From Fimbriimonadia bacterium (lineage in GTDB: Bacteria; Armatimonadota; Fimbriimonadia; Fimbriimonadales; JABRVX01): a stretch of DNA of 64,000 nt. Under the pieces are notes generated by a model. It did no database searches. It was not told the DNA's origin and saw nothing but the letters and a program-made list of their open reading frames with translations. Positions 32,548 through 42,360 of this stretch are shown here, in pieces. Position 1 is the stretch's first letter, and every line of letters begins with the position of its first letter. The stretch lies in assembly GCA_041483895.1 (NCBI GenBank), contig JBGPGO010000008.1:1-64000 (forward strand). The letters are read 5' to 3'. A program made the position numbers and the translations under genes.

Positions 32548-32984
32548 TGCGCCATAGAGTTGCCAACCGAAAACTAGGTCTGCCCAGCGATCAGCGAAAG
32601 CACCTGCTTAGCAATCTCGTTCGGCAGATGATCATGCACGGCCGTGTCCATACGACGTTGTACCGCGCCAAGGAGCTTCGGCCGATGGTCGAAAAACTGA
32701 TCACGACCGCGAGGAACGGCGCCGATTCCGTTGCCGCCCGTCGACAGGCTCGCAAGCTTCTGGTCGGACATTCCAGCCGTCAGGCCAACCCGAAGATGGC
32801 GACCATGACCCCGACCCAGCTCGGGGACAAAAGCCTCATTACTGGAGAAGACCTTGTCAAGCATCTGTTCGATACGGTTGCGCCTCGGTTCAAAGACCGG
32901 CCGGGCGGCTATACGCGAATCACCCGAACCGGCATTCGGAGAGGGGACGCCGCGGCGACGGCGTTGTTGTCTTTCGTCGAGTAA
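32547..32984 (+). CDS. rplQ: 50S ribosomal protein L17 with internal insertion
   Basis: MRHR, RPGGYTRI, RRGDAA. Confidence 0.97.
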   Translation: MRHRVANRKLGLPSDQRKHLLSNLVRQMIMHGRVHTTLYRAKELRPMVEKLITTARNGADSVAARRQARKLLVGHSSRQANPKMATMTPTQLGDKSLITGEDLVKHLFDTVAPRFKDRPGGYTRITRTGIRRGDAAATALLSFVE

Positions 32985-33773
32985 TTGACCATCGCGCTCG
33001 TCATCGAGTACGACGGAACGGATTTTCATGGATTTGCCCGGCAGCCTGGGCAAAGAACGATCGAAGGAACGCTCTGGGAAGCGATCGCGCGGATCGAGGG
33101 CGAGCAGCTTGAGATTTTCGGAGCGGGTCGCACGGATGCCGGTGTTCATGCGATTGGACAGACTGTGCACTTTGTTTCGAAGCTGCCAATCGAGCCGAAA
33201 CGTTGGGTAGAGATTGTGAATAGGGCGCTGCCGCTCGATGTTCGAGTGAGAAGCTCGCGGAAAGAGTGGGACGGGTTCCACGCGCGGTTCTCGGCAGATT
33301 CGAGAGAGTATCGATATACGTTCCTCAACCGAGGGACCGTGAGCGTTTTCGAGAATCGATACGCATTGCACGAACCGCACCAGTTCGATGTAGAGCGGAT
33401 GGATCGAGCGGCGAGAGACTTCGTTGGAGAGCACGATTTTCGTGCATTTACGAAAGAGCTTGAGCCGGAGAAATCGAGTGTCCGGACGGTGATGGAGGCC
33501 GGGGTGCGAAGGGTGGGGCCGCAGGTGCGGTTCACGGTGGTCGGCTCGGGGTTCCTTAGGGGAATGGTCCGCATGATGGCGGGAACGCTATCGGAAATCG
33601 GATTGTGCCGGCGGGAAGCGGAAGATATCGGGAAGATGCTGGCGGATCCGGGGTACGGGCGAAGAGCGCCGATGCTGGCGGCCCGAGGACTGTGCCTGGT
33701 GAAGGTGCGCTATCGAAAAGACAGAACGATTTGGTGGTCGGATTCGGCCCCAGTGGACGCAATTGAAGGATAG
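32985..33773 (+). CDS. truA: tRNA pseudouridine(38-40) synthase
   Basis: EYDGTDF, AGRTDAGVHA, FHARF. Confidence 0.97.
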   Translation: MTIALVIEYDGTDFHGFARQPGQRTIEGTLWEAIARIEGEQLEIFGAGRTDAGVHAIGQTVHFVSKLPIEPKRWVEIVNRALPLDVRVRSSRKEWDGFHARFSADSREYRYTFLNRGTVSVFENRYALHEPHQFDVERMDRAARDFVGEHDFRAFTKELEPEKSSVRTVMEAGVRRVGPQVRFTVVGSGFLRGMVRMMAGTLSEIGLCRREAEDIGKMLADPGYGRRAPMLAARGLCLVKVRYRKDRTIWWSDSAPVDAIEG

Positions 33774-34208
33774 ATGATGATGAGAACATATTCGGCAAAA
33801 CCAAGTGAGATCGTGCGGGATTGGTATGTGGTTGACGCGGCCGGCAAGGCGGTCGGGCGCGTGGCCAGCGTTGCCGCCCAACTGCTGCGCGGCAAGCACA
33901 AGCCCACCTTTACCTATAACCAGGACGTCGGTGACCATGTGATCGTCATCAACGCCGACAAGGTGAAGCTGACAGGGAACAAGCCGGAGGAGCTGATCTA
34001 TTGGCACTCCATGTATCCGGGCGGACTGAAATCCGCAGCCCGCGGAGAGTGGCTGGACGCAAAGGCGGATGAGCTTCTCTATAAGGCGATTTGGGGAATG
34101 ACTCCCAAAACCCGACTCGGTCGGAAAATTATCAAGAAGTTGAAAATCTATAAGGGCAGCGAGCATCCGCACGAGTCGCAGGCGCCCAAGGTGTGGGAGG
34201 TCAAGTAA
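33774..34208 (+). CDS. rplM: 50S ribosomal protein L13
   Basis: LRGKHKP, YPGGLK. Confidence 0.99.
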   Translation: MMMRTYSAKPSEIVRDWYVVDAAGKAVGRVASVAAQLLRGKHKPTFTYNQDVGDHVIVINADKVKLTGNKPEELIYWHSMYPGGLKSAARGEWLDAKADELLYKAIWGMTPKTRLGRKIIKKLKIYKGSEHPHESQAPKVWEVK

Positions 34209-34212
34209 CGAA

Positions 34213-34608
34213 ATGGCGCACGCAGCACGCAACTATGGCACCGGGCGCAGGAAGAACGCCATCGCCCGCGTCTGGATCAAGGCCGGCTCCGGTTCCATAA
34301 CTGTTAACGGCCGCAAGTCGGACGATTACTTCTGCCGGGCGACATTGAGCGCTTTGGTCAACGCGCCGATGAAGTGTGTTGATCTGGAGAATCGTCTCGA
34401 TATCGTGGCGACTGCCAAAGGCGGAGGGGTCAGCGGCCAGGCCGGCGCGTTGGCCCACGGCATCGCACGAGCTATCATCGAAATGGACCCTACATTGCGA
34501 TCGCCGCTTCGCCGTCTTGGACACTTGACCCGAGACCCAAGGGTCAAGGAGCGGAAGAAGTACGGGCGGAAGCGAGCCCGGCGCGGATTCCAGTACGTCA
34601 AGCGCTAG
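34213..34608 (+). CDS. rpsI: 30S ribosomal protein S9
   Basis: GTGRRK, LTRDPR.KERKK. Confidence 0.99.
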   Translation: MAHAARNYGTGRRKNAIARVWIKAGSGSITVNGRKSDDYFCRATLSALVNAPMKCVDLENRLDIVATAKGGGVSGQAGALAHGIARAIIEMDPTLRSPLRRLGHLTRDPRVKERKKYGRKRARRGFQYVKR

Positions 34609-34615
34609 TCTTCGA

Positions 34616-34640
34616 CCCTCCACAGTGCGACTGTGGAGGG
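34616..34640. repeat. Family C palindrome
   Basis: CCCTCCACAG-TGCGA-CTGTGGAGGG; near reverse complement of 39064-39088. Confidence 0.75.
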
Positions 34641-34712
34641 ATGTTGAACTGGGCAAGGAGTTCGATGGGCACAGGTTCGGGGCCCGCCCGCATCTGTGCC
34701 CTTTCAACTTAA

Positions 34713-35966
34713 ATGGCACAGGCGACTGAACAGGCGGAACTAGACGTGACAGGCGGGCCGCATCCAATTTGGAGGCGGCACAACCTCTGGCCGCTGTATG
34801 CCATCGCGGTGCTCGCCGAGCTCGGGTACGCCGTTTTGAACATCTCGGCGATGCAGCCGTATCTCCGTTACGATCGCCAGTTCGGCGAAAGCATCATCGC
34901 GCTCGTGATCACCGTGTTTCTGCTGTCCGAGGCGGTGTTCAAGTCGCCCATGGGACATTTGGGGGATCGGTACGGCAGGCGCAGGCTGCTGCTCGTCGCG
35001 CCATGTATCTCACTTTGCACCGCCGTTCTCACCACCCTGATGCGGCCGGCCATCGGTTTTATCGGCCTGCGGGTTTTGGATGGCATTGGGGCCGCGATGA
35101 TTTGGCCGAACCTCTTTGCCGCGGTCGGGGACAAGGTAAGCGACAGCGACCGGGCGGAGGCGATCGGCGTCCTCAACATGTGCTATTGGGTTGGGATAGC
35201 GCTCGGTCCGTTCCTTGACGGGTTGGTCTTCCAGTTCACCGGCAACCGGCATTTCTCGTTCTACCTGGTGGCGCTCCTGTTCGGTGCGGCGGCGCTGATG
35301 GCTTTTCGCACCATCCCCGCGGATGGCGTGCACCCGCATCACGAAGACGAGGCGCATCAGATACCGAAGCTGCGGGACCTGTGGCAGGTGGCGCATGAGA
35401 TTCCCGGCCACTTGGCGCTCTCTATCGTCACCTTCTTCGGAATCGGCCTGCCGATGGCCATCTTCAAGCTGTACGCCAAAGATGTGCTGCAATTGTCGGA
35501 CCTCAGCTTCGGCGCGTTGCTTCTGCCGGCGGCTGCGGCGATGGCATTTTTGAGCATGCCCGCGAGTAGGGCGGTCAATCGGCTCGGAAGGGTGAAGAGC
35601 GTGCAGATCGGACTGCTCACCGGCGCTGTCGGCATGCTCATTATCGCGCTTACTTCTTCGCAAATTGCCTTGGCTGTTTTCGGCTGTCTGGTTGGGCTGG
35701 GGTTCTTGGTGGCGATTCCGGCCTGGCTTACAATAGCCAGCGATGTAAATGAGAACCAGCGCGGGACCTACTTGGGCGCGGTCCAGACCGCCCAAGGCGT
35801 GGGGGCGCTGTTTGGGGCTTCTACGGGCGGATTCCTGTACGAGCACGTATCAAAGAACGCGCCGTTCTTGGGGACCGCAGGGGCGCTCTTCCTGGCTTTT
35901 GGGCTTAGCTTCCTGGTGTTCCGGCCGCGCCGAAGCCCGTTCCTGGAACAGCCTGGCCAGGACTAA
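34713..35966 (+). CDS. MFS transporter
   Basis: G.LGDRYGRR motif A; about 12 TM segments. Confidence 0.92.
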   Translation: MAQATEQAELDVTGGPHPIWRRHNLWPLYAIAVLAELGYAVLNISAMQPYLRYDRQFGESIIALVITVFLLSEAVFKSPMGHLGDRYGRRRLLLVAPCISLCTAVLTTLMRPAIGFIGLRVLDGIGAAMIWPNLFAAVGDKVSDSDRAEAIGVLNMCYWVGIALGPFLDGLVFQFTGNRHFSFYLVALLFGAAALMAFRTIPADGVHPHHEDEAHQIPKLRDLWQVAHEIPGHLALSIVTFFGIGLPMAIFKLYAKDVLQLSDLSFGALLLPAAAAMAFLSMPASRAVNRLGRVKSVQIGLLTGAVGMLIIALTSSQIALAVFGCLVGLGFLVAIPAWLTIASDVNENQRGTYLGAVQTAQGVGALFGASTGGFLYEHVSKNAPFLGTAGALFLAFGLSFLVFRPRRSPFLEQPGQD

Positions 35967-36321
35967 ATCCCGGTTGATTTCGCGGGGCTTCCATCGGCGT
36001 TCCGCTGTCCGCTTCGGGGATGACCTTGCCGTACGGATTCTGGCGGCGGTCTCTCTCTTCCGGGGTGTACATTTCGGCGTATTTGTCCGCGACGCTGTTT
36101 GGCAGCTTTACCTGCTGATCGACCGCGACTTCGGCCTTGGCGGCGGCGACCTTCTTGTCCAGCTCCGGGGTCGGTCTAGGCCCCACGCTCATTTTGCCAG
36201 GCTTCATCTCGACAACGGGGCGCCAGGAATCCAGGTCCTTTGGGCTCGGCTCGGTCCGATGGTGCCGGCATCCCCCAAGGACTAGGGCGAGGAGGGGCAG
36301 GGCGATCCAAATGCGTTTCAT
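35905..36321 (-). CDS. Hypothetical lipoprotein
   Basis: MKRIWIALPLLALVLGGC lipobox. Confidence 0.7.
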   Translation of the reverse strand: MKRIWIALPLLALVLGGCRHHRTEPSPKDLDSWRPVVEMKPGKMSVGPRPTPELDKKVAAAKAEVAVDQQVKLPNSVADKYAEMYTPEERDRRQNPYGKVIPEADSGTPMEAPRNQPGFSPGQAVPGTGFGAAGTPGS

Positions 36322-36567
36322 TACATTGGGATTATTGGCGTATTCGCGCCACGGCTTCCTCAGCATGTTTGCTTAGAATTTCCTAAGGGAGGGAAGAGCT
36401 GGGGTGGAGATGCCCGGCCTCTGGGAAGACTGAATCGCGCTGCTCGGCCTGGGGTTTCTTGCTTCTTGGCGATAGTGAGTTATGTTGGCGTCTTAGAACA
36501 TCCCGTGCCTCTTCACGGCTGGCAGCCTCTCGAATTCCCTCAATAATGTGATTATTGAGGGATGCCA

Positions 36568-37644
36568 CTACCAGCATGGCTCTTCACCGCCTCTAACTAC
36601 GAGCCTGCGTTCATTTCGGATCGTTGACGAGACCCAGATCTCTTTGCTAGAATCACCAGTATCAGCCTCATATGCGATCCACCTGCCATCTCTCGAAATC
36701 GTAGGTTTGGTCCCATGTGCAATTTGCCTTATCCTGATGTTGCTGCCGATGGTGGCTATTTTTATTATCCCATCGCTCGTGCCTTCCAATTTGCAGACAT
36801 CGAATACTATTTGATTGCCAACTGAACTCCACTGGAGACTCTGCACCCCTCGCGTATTGGGGTCGGCCCCTAGGCGGCCAACTATCTTTGCCTGAGAAGA
36901 AAGTCTCCTCTCGTGCCATTGCATTCCCTTCGCAAATAGATCGGCACGCTTCGAAAAAAATGACCCGCTTTCGCTCCCTGCTAACCAAAGGTCTCCGTTC
37001 AGCGAAAACACGAGTTTCACACCGTTCGGTGAAAATGATGGACTCCAGCAGGATGTTATCGAAATCGACTCTAGGCCAGATGTTGCAGACCCAATAAATC
37101 TGAATTCTCTTGGGTGCAATGGATCGTTCTCAGTCTTGTGCGGGATATAGACAAAGCAGATCGAAGTAAGTCGTATACTCGGATGCTCGGAATACCAAAC
37201 GTCTTGCAGTTCAAGTGAACTGGGCAATAACGTCCTCTTTTCTTCAATTGAAAAAGCGATTCCGTTTCCATTTGGATGCCAACTCGGACGACCAATTACA
37301 GTTGCGCGCGAATGAATGCCGAAGCTTGTTAGCCTCAGTTGCAGCCGACCGTTGCTGTCACACATCCAAACATTGTTGGCACGAAGAAACGCAATGTGTT
37401 TCCCATCTGGACTTATCGATGGATATGATGCATCACGGCATATCTTGCTTGCAATCCCATGAGACCATTGCCACAGATCGTTACCGCGTACAAATACAAA
37501 TTTCGGAACCTCGGTGCTTGCTGCATCAGTAGAGCGTGGACCAACAACTTCTCCATGCAAGTTGCGCGACAGCATAAACGAAGCCATAATGAGCGTAGCC
37601 GCAAATACGACTCTCACAACGATATTACTATTAGCCATGTCCAT
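36568..37644 (-). CDS. Secreted TolB-like/PD40 beta-propeller protein
   Basis: PSISPDGKHIAF, PSWHPNG, PSFSPNG, PTISRDGRWIAY. Confidence 0.8.
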   Translation of the reverse strand: MDMANSNIVVRVVFAATLIMASFMLSRNLHGEVVGPRSTDAASTEVPKFVFVRGNDLWQWSHGIASKICRDASYPSISPDGKHIAFLRANNVWMCDSNGRLQLRLTSFGIHSRATVIGRPSWHPNGNGIAFSIEEKRTLLPSSLELQDVWYSEHPSIRLTSICFVYIPHKTENDPLHPREFRFIGSATSGLESISITSCWSPSFSPNGVKLVFSLNGDLWLAGSESGSFFSKRADLFAKGMQWHERRLSSQAKIVGRLGADPNTRGVQSLQWSSVGNQIVFDVCKLEGTSDGIIKIATIGSNIRIRQIAHGTKPTISRDGRWIAYEADTGDSSKEIWVSSTIRNERRLVVRGGEEPCW

Positions 37645-37865
37645 TTCTCCAATTGCTTAGGATTTACGTTCTATCGCCCAACAGGTCCTCCTGTTTAGCG
37701 GCGTGAATTCGTACGCAAGAGCCACCTGGGGACCGAACTGCCAGGCGTCAATTGCACCGCTCCAGCGGCGGAAATGCGCCATGTGGAAATCTTACACCAT
37801 TCGACGGATTGTGTCGCAGTCAGCCTCTCCGAAGCGCCTCAGCAGGCGAATCTATTGAGGGATCC

Positions 37866-39032
37866 TTAGAGCAAACTCTTCGGCGAGACCCAGCGTCTTT
37901 CGGCGGAGCTGATCTCTACGGCCTCCAGAACCGCCTGGTTCTTCAGTCCTTCCTCGAAATCGGGTGTGAGCGGCTTGCCGTGCGCGATGTTCTGAAGCGC
38001 GTCGTGGATGAGGTTGGTGAAGGTGTGCTCGTAGCCGATGATGTGGCCCGGCGGCCACCAGGCCCCCGCGTAGGGATGGAAGCTTTCCGTCGTTTGGATT
38101 GTCCGGAAGCCGCGAATGGCCTGCGGGTCGTCGGTTCGGTACAGCTCCATCTCGTTCATCCGCTCCATGTTGAACACCAGCGAGCCCTTGGAGCCGTTGA
38201 TCTCAAATCGATTGAAGTTCTTGCGGCCGGGCGCGAAACGGGTTGCCTCAAAGTTACCAATTGCGCCGTTTTCGAATCTCGCAAGGAACAGCGCCGTGTC
38301 GTCCACTGTCACCTCGCCCATTTCCGTCCCTGCCTTGCCTGCCAGCCCTCCGGTTGCATCGGCGAGGATCGGCCGCTGCTTGACGAAAGTGTCCATGAGG
38401 CCGGAGACTTCGGCGATTTCGCCGACCAGATGACGGGCGAGATCGATAACATGCGCGTTGAGATCGCCATGAGTGCCGGAACCGGCGAACTCTTTTTTCA
38501 GCCGCCACACGAGAGGGAAGTTGGGATCGGCGATCCAGTCCTGCAGATAGGTGCCGCGGAAATGATAGATATGGCCGATTTTGCCGTCGTCGATCAATTG
38601 TTTCGCAAGGGCGATGGCGGGGACGAAGCGATAGTTATGGAAGAGGGCGCTCTCGACTCCCGCGCTTCGGACCGCCGCCGCCATCTCTTTGGCCTCCGCC
38701 AGGTTGTTGGCCATCGGTTTTTCGCAGAGGACCACCTTGCCGGCTTTGGCCGCCGCGATGCTGATTGGGGCGTGCAGGTGTCCCGGCGCGGCGACGTCGA
38801 TGATATCGAGATCCGGACGCTGGACGACGCGCTCCCAGTCGGTGTCCGTCTCTTCCCAGCCGAAGGTTTTCGCGGCTTTGTCTACCCGTTCTTGGTTGCG
38901 GCCGCAGATCACTTTCATCACGGGATCAACATCGAGATCGAAGAATCGGCTCACCTGGCGGTAGGCGTTCGAGTGGGCTTTGCCCATGAACTGATAGCCG
39001 ATGAGGCCGATATTGAGCTTCCGTTTCGCCAT
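37866..39032 (-). CDS. Gfo/Idh/MocA family oxidoreductase
   Basis: [21 protein letters not shown]. Confidence 0.93.
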   Translation of the reverse strand: MAKRKLNIGLIGYQFMGKAHSNAYRQVSRFFDLDVDPVMKVICGRNQERVDKAAKTFGWEETDTDWERVVQRPDLDIIDVAAPGHLHAPISIAAAKAGKVVLCEKPMANNLAEAKEMAAAVRSAGVESALFHNYRFVPAIALAKQLIDDGKIGHIYHFRGTYLQDWIADPNFPLVWRLKKEFAGSGTHGDLNAHVIDLARHLVGEIAEVSGLMDTFVKQRPILADATGGLAGKAGTEMGEVTVDDTALFLARFENGAIGNFEATRFAPGRKNFNRFEINGSKGSLVFNMERMNEMELYRTDDPQAIRGFRTIQTTESFHPYAGAWWPPGHIIGYEHTFTNLIHDALQNIAHGKPLTPDFEEGLKNQAVLEAVEISSAERRWVSPKSLL

Positions 39033-39063
39033 GTGGGTTCATTTCACCGGGTGCATACCCGAT

Positions 39064-39159
39064 CCCTTCACAGTCGCACTGTGAAGGAGTCTTCTTTGTG
39101 TTGGGGTCTGGGGTCCTCGGCGCCAGCTAGGATTCGGCCGGCGAGGACCCCAACACATC
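39064..39159. repeat. Adjacent family C and family B palindromes
   Basis: CCCTTCACAGTCGCACTGTGAAGG then TGTGTTGGGGTC...GACCCCAACACA. Confidence 0.78.
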
Positions 39160-39173
39160 ATCGATTCATTTCC

Positions 39174-39632
39174 CTAGAAATGCATCTCCTCGTCGCCGTA
39201 GAGAAGCTGAATGTAGTTCACCTGGCCGAGGTGGTAGGTGTTGTTCCACTCGTGGTAGCTCAGGATTTCACCGACGCGGGTTGTCCCCCATGGAAGCTCT
39301 ACCGTTTTGTTGATGTCATCATCGGACAGCCCCATGATGTAGCCGCCAAAGTCGTCCGTTTCTTTTCGCGCCACGGCGATGGCCTGATCCATTGTAGCGA
39401 CGGTCTGCTTGAACGCATCCCATTTTGCCGAATCGGATTCCGGCATCTTGCCTTCGGTTATGCAGCCCTTGATCCATCTCGGGAATCCGGCCACCTCTTG
39501 CATCATCGATAAAATCGTCCGCGCTTTCCCCATCGGAACCCATTCCCATTTGTCCGGCGGCGTGGATTGCACGCATTTGATCAGTCCTTCTAGGGACTGC
39601 TTGGCTCCTTTTGCCGTAATGTCTTTGTTCAT
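39174..39632 (-). CDS. DinB/YfiT-like metal-binding protein
   Basis: W.W.P..KARTI and C-terminal YHLGQVNYIQ. Confidence 0.75.
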   Translation of the reverse strand: MNKDITAKGAKQSLEGLIKCVQSTPPDKWEWVPMGKARTILSMMQEVAGFPRWIKGCITEGKMPESDSAKWDAFKQTVATMDQAIAVARKETDDFGGYIMGLSDDDINKTVELPWGTTRVGEILSYHEWNNTYHLGQVNYIQLLYGDEEMHF

Positions 39633-39703
39633 TTACTCCTTGCTCCTATTCAAAAGTATTGAGTCGCTGGGCATTCTAGTATTCAACCATCATCCGATTA
39701 ATC

Positions 39704-41002
39704 CTACGTGAGGCTAGGGATAAAGTCCCCGTGCGCCTCAAGCATTTCGTCCACCATCGCCTTGATCTCGTCGATTGTCAGCTCGGCACAGGTGTGCGGA
39801 TCCATCATTGCCGCCTGATACACATAGTCGCGCTTGCCGGTGAGGGCGGCTTCGACGGTGAGCGACTGAACGTTGACATTGGTCTGAATGATGGCGGCGA
39901 GTTGCGGCGGGAGATTGCCGATGTAGGTTGGTTGAATGCCGTTCTTGTCTACCAGGCACGGCACCTCAACGCAGCAGCCGGTCGGGAGATTCGTGATGAG
40001 GCCCGTGTTCTTGACATTGCCATACACGACGCGCGGAGTGTTCGTTTGCATGCTGTCTACGATCAGGGAGCCATATTCGGAGCTTCTTTTGATCGCAATC
40101 GGCTCATCGCCTTCATATTCGATGCGGCGCTGCTCCCAGATGCCGATGATGTCTTCACATCGGCGGATGTACTCGTCGAGCGGCACATCGAACCGTTCGA
40201 TCAGGTCTGGGCGGTCGCGCCGAATGAAATAGGGGCAGTACTCCGAGAAATGCTCGCTCGATTCGGTGACGAAGTAGTTCAGATGCTTCATCATCTCGAA
40301 TCGCACCGCGTCTTTGGCGAAGATTTCAGGATTTTCGGCCACATCGAAGAACCTTTTGTATAGGTTTTCCACTCCCAACTTGAACTCTAAGAAAAAGGCC
40401 ATGTGGTTGATCCCGGCCACGCGATAGTGGACCTGATCGTAGGGGACCCCGATGTATCCGCAGAGCTGCTGCGCGGTGCCTTGCACCGAGTGGCACAATC
40501 CAACGGCCCGGACTCCGCCCGAGCGGGCGAGGGACCAACAGTTCATGGCCATCGGATTTACGTACTGAAGCATCAGCGCATCGGGGCACAACTCACGCAT
40601 GTCCTTGGCCAAATCGAGCAGGACCGGGATGGTTCGAAGGCCCCGCATGATCCCGCCCAGATTGAGGGTGTCCGCGATCGTGTGTCGGAGGCCATATCTC
40701 TTGGGAATCTCGAAATCGATGACGGTCGAGGGCTTGTAGCCGCCGATCTGGAACATGGTGATGACATAATCCGCGCCCCGTACCGCTTCCCGCCGATTTT
40801 GGGTTGCGGTGATGGAATGCGGCTTCGCGCCAACCGCGGCGGCGACCTTCTGGGCGACCCGATCAGCCGTGTGCAGCCGATCGGGATCGATGTCCATCAA
40901 TGCAATTTCACAATCCGACATGCTTGGGAAACTTAGAATGTCGCCCAAGAGGTTCTTCGCGAACACAACGCTGCCCGCGCCAATCAATGCAACTTTTGCC
41001 AT
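39704..41002 (-). CDS. melA: GH4 alpha-galactosidase/glucosidase
   Basis: IGAGSVVF, YVNPMA, GLCHSVQ, GINH, TESSEH. Confidence 0.92.
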   Translation of the reverse strand: MAKVALIGAGSVVFAKNLLGDILSFPSMSDCEIALMDIDPDRLHTADRVAQKVAAAVGAKPHSITATQNRREAVRGADYVITMFQIGGYKPSTVIDFEIPKRYGLRHTIADTLNLGGIMRGLRTIPVLLDLAKDMRELCPDALMLQYVNPMAMNCWSLARSGGVRAVGLCHSVQGTAQQLCGYIGVPYDQVHYRVAGINHMAFFLEFKLGVENLYKRFFDVAENPEIFAKDAVRFEMMKHLNYFVTESSEHFSEYCPYFIRRDRPDLIERFDVPLDEYIRRCEDIIGIWEQRRIEYEGDEPIAIKRSSEYGSLIVDSMQTNTPRVVYGNVKNTGLITNLPTGCCVEVPCLVDKNGIQPTYIGNLPPQLAAIIQTNVNVQSLTVEAALTGKRDYVYQAAMMDPHTCAELTIDEIKAMVDEMLEAHGDFIPSLT

Positions 41003-41041
41003 GTTGATATTGTCGCATAGTCCTGGTGCTACAATCGAGGC

Positions 41042-41530
41042 ATGGAGCTCAAAGTGGCGAAAGCGACCAACGCGGATTGCCCCGGAATCATCGCGGTTAT
41101 CAAGGACGTCTGCGTGGAATACGGCTTCACGTGGGAGGACGGCGGCTACTTCGGCGACCTCTTCGATGTGGAAGGCTATTACCTAAGAAAGGGCGGGATG
41201 TTCTGGACGGTGCGGGAGGGAGATGAAACGGTCGGCACCTGCGGCGTCAAGCATTGGTCGGCGGAGATGTGCGAGCTATCCAGGATGTATCTTCTCAAGA
41301 AAATGAGAGGTCAAGGGCTTGGCGGCCGGCTTTTCCAATTGGCGACCGATTGGAGCAGGGAACAGGGGTATCGCCGAATGGAGATCTGGTCGGACGTGAA
41401 GTTGACCGACGCGCACGCCATGTATCAGAAAAGGGGCGCTATCCCGATCGGTCAGCGGATCTGCGACGATCCGGACGACAGCTTGGAATACGGGTTCTTG
41501 TACGAGCTAGCTTCCGTCTCCGGGGGTTAG
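41042..41530 (+). CDS. GNAT family N-acetyltransferase
   Basis: ELSRMY..RGQGLG, AMYQK.G. Confidence 0.88.
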   Translation: MELKVAKATNADCPGIIAVIKDVCVEYGFTWEDGGYFGDLFDVEGYYLRKGGMFWTVREGDETVGTCGVKHWSAEMCELSRMYLLKKMRGQGLGGRLFQLATDWSREQGYRRMEIWSDVKLTDAHAMYQKRGAIPIGQRICDDPDDSLEYGFLYELASVSGG

Positions 41531-42358
41531 CTGGTTGCCCTTGAAGAATTCTTTCATCTGCGGCGTAGCCTCCTTGGCTTTTTCGTTGTATCGCACCAGG
41601 ATCGCGACGCGACGGTTGGTCGGATCCATGGGGTTGGAGCGCACCCGCGGCCGAGTATCGGCGAATGCATTGACCTGCTTGATTCGTCCTGTTAGGCCCG
41701 CACTTTCCATGATTATTTTCGCGGCCTTCGCGCGATCGAAGGATAGGTTCCAGTTATCATAATTGGGGGTTGCGTACTGAACCGAATCCGTGTGTCCTTC
41801 AACGTCAACCGGATTCGAGAGCTCTTTCAAATGCGTCCCCACCATTTTGAGGAGGGCGGCTGCGGCGGGAAGCATTTTCGCCGAGCCCAATTCGAAAAAG
41901 CCTATTTCCGTTCTGTCCACCAGCTCAATGAGTAGTCCTTCATCTGTGACCGTCACTTCGACCTGACTGGCGAGGTTGGTTGAGCCTTTCATTTGTTTGA
42001 GCGCCACTTTGATCTGCTGCTCTGCCTTTTCAAACTTGCTCTTCTCCGTCCGGCGGACGGCGTTCATCAACGAATCCGCGCTTTTTGCGCCGGCGAGGGA
42101 TTTTTCCCCGGACTTATTGCCCGTCATCGCCAACGGATTGCGGCCGTTTTCAAATCCGGCGGTAAATCCGACCGGATCGTTGAAGTATCCCTGAATCGCC
42201 TTGCGCGTTTCTTCGCTGAGGCCGAGGATCCACATGACGAGGAAAAACGCCATCATGGCGGTCATAAAGTCGGCGAACGCAACCTTCCATGCCCCACCGT
42301 GGTGGGCTTCATGGCCGCCGGTCTTTTTGATGATCCGAATCTGTGGCTGCTCGGGCAT
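41507..42358 (-). CDS. motB: Flagellar stator protein MotB
   Basis: HGGAWKVAFADFMTAMM; OmpA-like VEGHTD..NWNLS..NRRV. Confidence 0.93.
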   Translation of the reverse strand: MPEQPQIRIIKKTGGHEAHHGGAWKVAFADFMTAMMAFFLVMWILGLSEETRKAIQGYFNDPVGFTAGFENGRNPLAMTGNKSGEKSLAGAKSADSLMNAVRRTEKSKFEKAEQQIKVALKQMKGSTNLASQVEVTVTDEGLLIELVDRTEIGFFELGSAKMLPAAAALLKMVGTHLKELSNPVDVEGHTDSVQYATPNYDNWNLSFDRAKAAKIIMESAGLTGRIKQVNAFADTRPRVRSNPMDPTNRRVAILVRYNEKAKEATPQMKEFFKGNQLTPGDGS

Positions 42359-42360
42359 TG

